This document shows positions 12,033 through 17,646 of a stretch of 17,646 nt of DNA, in pieces (the first letter of the stretch is position 1; the number at the start of each line of letters is the position of its first letter). Under the pieces are notes generated by a model. That model was given only the letters and a program-made list of their open reading frames with translations, did not search any database and was not told the DNA's origin. The position numbers and the translations under genes were made by a program. This DNA comes from Utricularia gibba (lineage: Eukaryota > Plantae > Magnoliophyta): the NCBI GenBank assembly GCA_002189035.1, contig NEEC01000463.1:1-17646 (forward strand). The letters run 5' to 3'.

Positions 12033-14098
12033 AACGGTGTGCGAGGAAACCATGAGGCTTCGGTAGGGACACCCTAAGCATGTGCAAAGATCGCCTCGAA
12101 AACCCATATTTCACATCACCCAAAAACGCAGATGTTTTGCAAGCCGAAAATCACAATCGTGTCGATTCTGGTGTTCAAGTCGCATCGTCGCGAACGTGGT
12201 GGCCACTTTGTGGCACATCTGAAGGCTAATAGAAGGCGATAATTCGAGCTCTGATGCATCCTCGGACGAAGAAGCTTTCAACACGGAAGATGACCGGCTC
12301 GGAACGAGCTTCGAAACGGTATGCCGGGCGCAGCGTGACTCATCACGGTCTTCAGGATATCGACGAGATGCCGAACGGTGTGCGAGGAAACCATGAGGCT
12401 TCGAGTAGGGACACACCCTAAGCATGTGCAAAGATCGCCTCGAAAACCCATATTTCACATCACCCGAAAAAACGCAGATGTTTTGCAAGCCGAAAATTAC
12501 AATCACGTCGATTTTGGTGTTCCAAGTCGCGTCGTCGCGAACGTGGTGGCCACTTTGTGGCACATCTGAAGGCTAATATAAGGCGATAATTCGAGCTCTT
12601 ATGCATCCTCGGACGAAGAAGCATTCAACACGGAAGATGACCGGCTCGGAACGAGCTTCGAAACGGTATTCCGGGCGCAGCGTGACTCATCACGGTCTTC
12701 AGGATATCGACGAGATGCCGAACGGTGTGCGAGGAAACCATGAGGCTTCGGTAGGGACACACCCTAAGCATGTGCAAAGATCGCCTCGAAAACCCATATT
12801 TCACATCACCCAAAAAACGCAGATGTTTTGCAAGCCGAAAATTACAATCACGTCGATTTTGTGTTCCAAGTCGCATCGTCGCGAACGTGGTGGCCACTTT
12901 GTGGCACATCTGAAGGCTAATAGAAGGCGATAATTCGAGCTCTGATGCATCCTCGGACGAAGAAGCTTTCAACACGGAAGATGACCGGCTCGGAACGAGC
13001 TTCGAAACGGTATGCCGGGCGCAGCGTGACTCATCACGGTCTTCAGGATATCGACGAGATGCCGAACGGTGTGCGAGGAAACCATGAGGCTTCGGGTAGG
13101 GACACACCCTAAGCATGTGCAAAGATCGCCTCGAAAACCCATATTTCACATCACCCAAAAAAAGCAGATGTTTTGCAAGCCGAAAATTACAATCGTCGAT
13201 TTTGGTGTTCCAAGTCGCGTCGTCGCGAACGTGGTGGCCACTTTGTGGCACATCTGAAGGCTAATATAAGGCGATAATTCGAGCTCTGATGCATCCTCGG
13301 ACGAAGAAGCTTCAACACGGAAGATGACCGGCTCGGAACGAGCTTCGAAACGGTATTCCGGGCGCAGCGTGACTCATCACGGTCTTCAGGATATCGACGA
13401 GATGCCGAACGGTGTGCGAGGAAACCATGAGGCTTCGGGTAGGGACACACCCTAAGCATGTGCAAAGATCGCCTCGAAAACCCATATTTCACATCACCCG
13501 AAAAAACGCAGATGTTTTGCAAGCCGAAAATTACAATCGTCGATTTTGTGTTCCAAGTCGCATCGTCGCGAACGTGGTGGCCACTTTGTGGCACATCTGA
13601 AGGCTAATAGAAGGCGATAATTCGAGCTCTGATGCATCCTCGGACGAAGAAGCTTTCAACACGGAAGATGACCGGCTCGGAACGAGCTTCGAAAACGGTA
13701 TGCCGGGCGCAGCGTGACTCATCACGGTCTTCAGGATATCGACGAGATGCCGAACGGTGTGCGAGGAAACCATGAGCTTCGGGTAGGGACACACCCTAAG
13801 CATGTGCAAAGATCGCCTCGAAAACCCATATTTCACATCACCCGAAAAAACGCAGATGTTTTGCAAGCCGAAAATTACAATCACGTCGATTTTGGTGTTC
13901 CAAGTCGCGTCGTCGCGAACGTGGTGGCCACTTTGTGGCACATCTGAAGGCTAATATAAGGCGATAATTCGAGCTCTGATGCATCCTCTCGGACGAAGAA
14001 GCATTCAACACGGAAGATGACCGGCTCGGAACGAGCTTCGAAACGGTATTCGGGCGCAGCGTGACTCATCACGGTTTCAGGATATCGACGAGATGCCG
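12033..14098 (+). repeat. Local higher-order repeat: 3 x (2-monomer, ~690 bp) unit
   Basis: Copies 36-41 alternate strictly at linked diagnostic sites: GTCGC[A/G]TCG, CTAATA[G/T]AAGG, GAAGC[TTTC/other] and GGTAT[G/T]C. Confidence 0.75.
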
Positions 14099-14418
14099 AA
14101 CGGTGTGCGAGGAAACCATGAGGCTTCGGTAGGGACACCCCTAAGCATGTGCAAGATCGCCTCGAAAACCCATATTTCACATCACCAAAAAACGCAGATG
14201 TTTTGCAAGCCGAAAATTACAATCACGTCGATTTTGTGTTCAAAGTCGCGTCGTCGCGAACGACTTTGTCTGAAGGCTAATAAGGCGATAATTCGAGCTC
14301 TTATGCATGGACGAAGAAGCATTCAACACGGAAGATGACCGGCTCGGAACGAGCTTCGAAACGGTATTCCGGGCGCAGCGTGACTCATCACGGTCTTCAG
14401 GATATCGACGAGATGCCG
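14099..14418 (+). repeat. Truncated/degenerate monomer (320 bp)
   Basis: Clustered deletions relative to consensus: 8 bp (TGGTGGCC), ~7 bp (GGCACAT), 4 bp (CCTC) and several of 1-2 bp, concentrated at 14255-14312. Confidence 0.9.
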
Positions 14419-15105
14419 AACGGTGTGCGAGGAAACCATGAGGCTTCGGGTAGGGACACACCCTAAGCATGTGCAAAGATCGCCTCGAAAACCCATATTT
14501 CACATCACCCGAAAAACGCAGATGTTTTGCAAGCCGAAAATCACAATCGTGTCGATTTGGTGTTACAAGTCGCATCGTCGCGAACGTGGTGGCCACTTTG
14601 TGGCGCATCTGAAGGCTAATAGAAGGCGATAATTCGAGCTCTGATGCATCCTCGGACGAAGAAGCTTTAACACGGAAGATGACCGGCTCGGAACGAGCTT
14701 CGAAACGGTATTCCGGGCGCAGCGTGACTCATCACGGTCTTCAGGATATCGACGAGATGCCGAACGGTGTGCGAGGAAACCATGAGGCTTCGGTAGGGAC
14801 ACACCCTAAGCATGTGCAAAGATCGCCTCGAAAACCCATATTTCACATCACCCGAAAAAACGCAGATGTTTTGCAAGCCGAAAATCACAATCGTCGATTT
14901 TGGTGTTCCAAGTCGCATCGTCGCGAACGTGGTGGCCACTTTGTGGCACATCTGAAGGCTAATAGAAGGCGATAATTCGAGCTCTGATGCATCCTCGGAC
15001 GAAGAAGCTTCAACACGGAAGATGACCGGCTCGGAACGAGCTTCGAAACGGTATTCCGGGCGCAGCGTGACTCATCACGGTCTTCAGGATATCGACGAGA
15101 TGCCG

Positions 15106-17524
15106 AACGGTGTGCGAGGAAACCATGAGGCTTCGGTAGGGACACACCCTAAGCATGTGCAAAGATCGCCTCGAAAACCCATATTTCACATCACCCAAAA
15201 AACGCAGATGTTTTGCAAGCCGAAAATTACAATCACGTCGATTTTGGTGTTCCAAGTCGCATCGTCGCGAACGTGGTGGCCACTTTGTGGCGCATCTGAA
15301 GGCTAATAGAAGGCGATAATTCGAGCTCTTATGCATCCTCGGACGAAGAAGCTTTCAACACGGAAGATGACCGGCTCGGAACGAGCTTCGAAACGGTATG
15401 CCGGGCGCAGCGTGACTCATCACGGTCTTCAGGATATCGACGAGATGCCGAACGGTGTGCGAGGAAACCATGAGGCTTCGGGTAGGGACACACCCTAAGC
15501 ATGTGCAAAGATCGCCTCGAAAACCCATATTTCACATCACCCGAAAAAACGCAGATGTTTTGCAAGCCGAAAATCACAATCGTGTCGATTTTGGTGTTCC
15601 AAGTCGCATCGTCGCGAACGTGGTGGCCACTTTGTGGCACATCTGAAGGCTAATAGAAGGCGATAATTCGAGCTCTGATGCATCCTCGGACGAAGAAGCT
15701 TAAACACGGAAGATGACCGGCTCGGAACGAGCTTCGAAACGGTATTCCGGGCGCAGCGTGACTCATCACGGTCTTCAGGATATCGACGAGATGCCGAACG
15801 GTGTGCGAGGAAACCATGAGGCTTCGAGTAGGGACACACCTAAGCATGTGCAAAGATCGCCTCGAAAACCCATATTTCACATCACCCGAAAAAACGCAGA
15901 TGTTTTGCAAGCCGAAAATTACAATCACGTCGATTTTGGTGTTCCAAGTCGCATCGTCGCGAACGTGGTGGCCACTTTGTGGCACATCTGAAGGCTAATA
16001 GAAGGCGATAATTCGAGCTCTTATGCATCCTCGGACGAAGAAGCATTCAACACGGAAGATGACTGGCTCGGAACGAGCTTCGAAACGGTATTCCGGGCGC
16101 AGCGTGACTCATCACGGTCTTCAGGATATCGACGAGATGCCGAACGGTGTGCGAGGAAACCATGAGGCTTCGGGTAGGGACACACCCTAAGCATGTGCAA
16201 AGATCGCCTCGAAAACCCATATTTCACATCACCCGAAAAAACGCAGATGTTTTGCAAGCCGAAAATTACAATCACGTCGATTTTGGTGTTCCAAGTCGCA
16301 TCGTCGCGAACGTGGTGGCCACTTTGTGGCACATCTGAAGGCTAATATAAGGCGATAATTCGAGCTCTTATGCATCCTCGGACGAAGAAGCATTCAACAC
16401 GGAAGATGACCGGCTCGGAACGAGCTTCGAAACGGTATTCCGGGCGCAGCGTGACTCATCACGGTCTTCAGGATATCGACGAGATGCCGAACGGTGTGCG
16501 AGGAAACCATGAGGCTTCGGGTAGGGACACACCCTAAGCATGTGCAAGATCGCCTCGAAAACCCATATTTCACATCACCCGAAAAAACGCAGATGTTTTG
16601 CAAGCCGAAAATTACAATCGCGTCGATTTTGGTGTTCCAAGTCGCATCGTCGCGAACGTGGGCCACTTTGTGGCGCATCTGAAGGCTAATAGAAGGCGAT
16701 AATTCGAGCTCTTGATGCATCCTCGGACGAAGAAGCTTTCAACACGGAAGATGACCGGCTCGGAACGAGCTTCGAAACGGTATGCCGGGCGCAGCGTGAC
16801 TCATCACGGTCTTCAGGATATCGACGAGATGCCGAACGGTGTGCGAGGAAACCATGAGGCTTCGGGTAGGGACACACCCTAAGCATGTGCAAAGATCGCC
16901 TCGAAAACCCATATTTCACATCACCCGAAAAAACGCAGATGTTTTGCAAGCCGAAAATCACAATCGTGTCGATTTTGGTGTTCCAAGTCGCATCGTCGCG
17001 AACGTGGTGGCCACTTTGTGGCACATATGAAGGCTAATAGAAGGCGATAATTCGAGCTCTGATGCATCCTCGGACGAAGAAGCTTTAAACACGGAAGATG
17101 ACCGGCTCGGAACGAGCTTCGAAACGGTATTCCGGGCGCAGCGTGACTCATCACGGTCTTCAGGATATCGACGAGATGCCGAACGGTGTGCGAGGAAACC
17201 ATGAGGCTTCGGTAGGGACACACCCTAAGCATGTGCAAAGATCGCCTCGAAAACCCATATTTCACACCCGAAAAAACGCAGATGTTTTGCAAGCCGAAAA
17301 TTACAATCACGTCGATTTTGGTGTTCCAAGTCGCATCGTCGCGAACGTGGTGGCCACTTTGTGGCACATCTGAAGGCTAATATAAGGCGATAATTCGAGC
17401 TCTTATGCATCCTCGGACGAAGAAGCATTCAACACGGAAGATGACCGGCTCGGAACGAGCTTCGAAACGGTATTCCGGGCGCAGCGTGACTCATCACGGT
17501 CTTCAGGATATCGACGAGATGCCG
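15106..17524 (+). repeat. Probable multi-monomer duplication with 4-monomer (~1384 bp) offset
   Basis: Copies 45-46-47 and 49-50-51 carry the same ordered set of minor alleles, with some mismatching sites. Confidence 0.55.
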
Positions 17525-17646
17525 AACGGTGTGCGAGGAAACCATGAGGCTTCGGGTAGGGACACACCCTAAGCATGTGCAAAGATCGCCTCGAAAACCC
17601 ATATTTCACATCACCGAAAAAACGCAGATGTTTTGCAAGCCGAAAA

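Larger units (their letters stand above)
1..17646. repeat. Tandem satellite-type array, ~345-bp monomer, ~51.4 copies, extends beyond both window edges
   Basis: The anchor AACGGTGTGCGAGG recurs at 1, 346, 688, 1033, 1375, 1718, 2065, 2406, 2751, 3092 ... 16835, 17182, 17525 (52 starts; mean period 343.6 bp; range 339-348 apart from one 320-bp copy). Copies differ only by small indels and a few recurrent substitutions. No non-repeat sequence is present. Confidence 0.99.

Noticed and set aside
1-12720. 9-monomer periodicity of the AAGCATTC allele (copies 1, 10, 19, 28, 37)
   Set aside because: Other diagnostic sites and the neighbouring copies do not follow lag 9, and copy 46 breaks the series. 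With 14 of 51 carriers such a progression can occur by chance.
7-17609. All ORFs in the six-frame track (60-227 aa), or one giant repeat-protein gene
   Set aside because: They are the same few translations repeated in every copy. The plus strand has TGA (192), TAA (199) and TAA (212) closing all three frames within 23 bp. The minus-strand consensus also has stops in all three frames. ORF ends shift with random indels, and there is no recognisable domain.
1-17646. CRISPR array or other repeat-spacer system
   Set aside because: There are no unique spacers. The entire 345-bp unit is repeated, and no cas-like gene is present.
1-17646. Rolling-circle concatemer of a single small circle (viroid, eccDNA or amplification artefact)
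   Set aside because: Copies carry linked, recurrent transversion haplotypes and ordered higher-order patterns, which one template plus random error would not give. No viroid conserved region or complete ribozyme was recognised.

Overview
The whole 17,646-bp window is one uninterrupted head-to-tail tandem array of a ~345-bp monomer (consensus ~346-347 bp, ~51% GC, CpG-rich). By hand count there are 51 complete copies plus a 122-bp partial copy. All copies have the same orientation, with no spacers, flanking unique DNA or insertions, and the array runs off both ends. It reads as satellite DNA, most likely eukaryotic; I cannot name the family or the organism. No gene is supported: every ORF in the track is a translation of the same monomer, and the monomer has stops in all six frames. 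The real structure lies in the variation between copies. There are about 11 recurrent substitution sites, two mutually exclusive linked haplotypes, a local 2-monomer higher-order repeat (12033-14098), a probable 4-monomer-offset duplication (15106-17524), and weak traces of an ancient ~172-bp dimer. A background of small, mostly homopolymer deletions looks like long-read error. I found no convincing new biological system. The ribozyme/retrozyme idea is noted but is not supported by a complete catalytic core. All counts were made by eye and should be recomputed.
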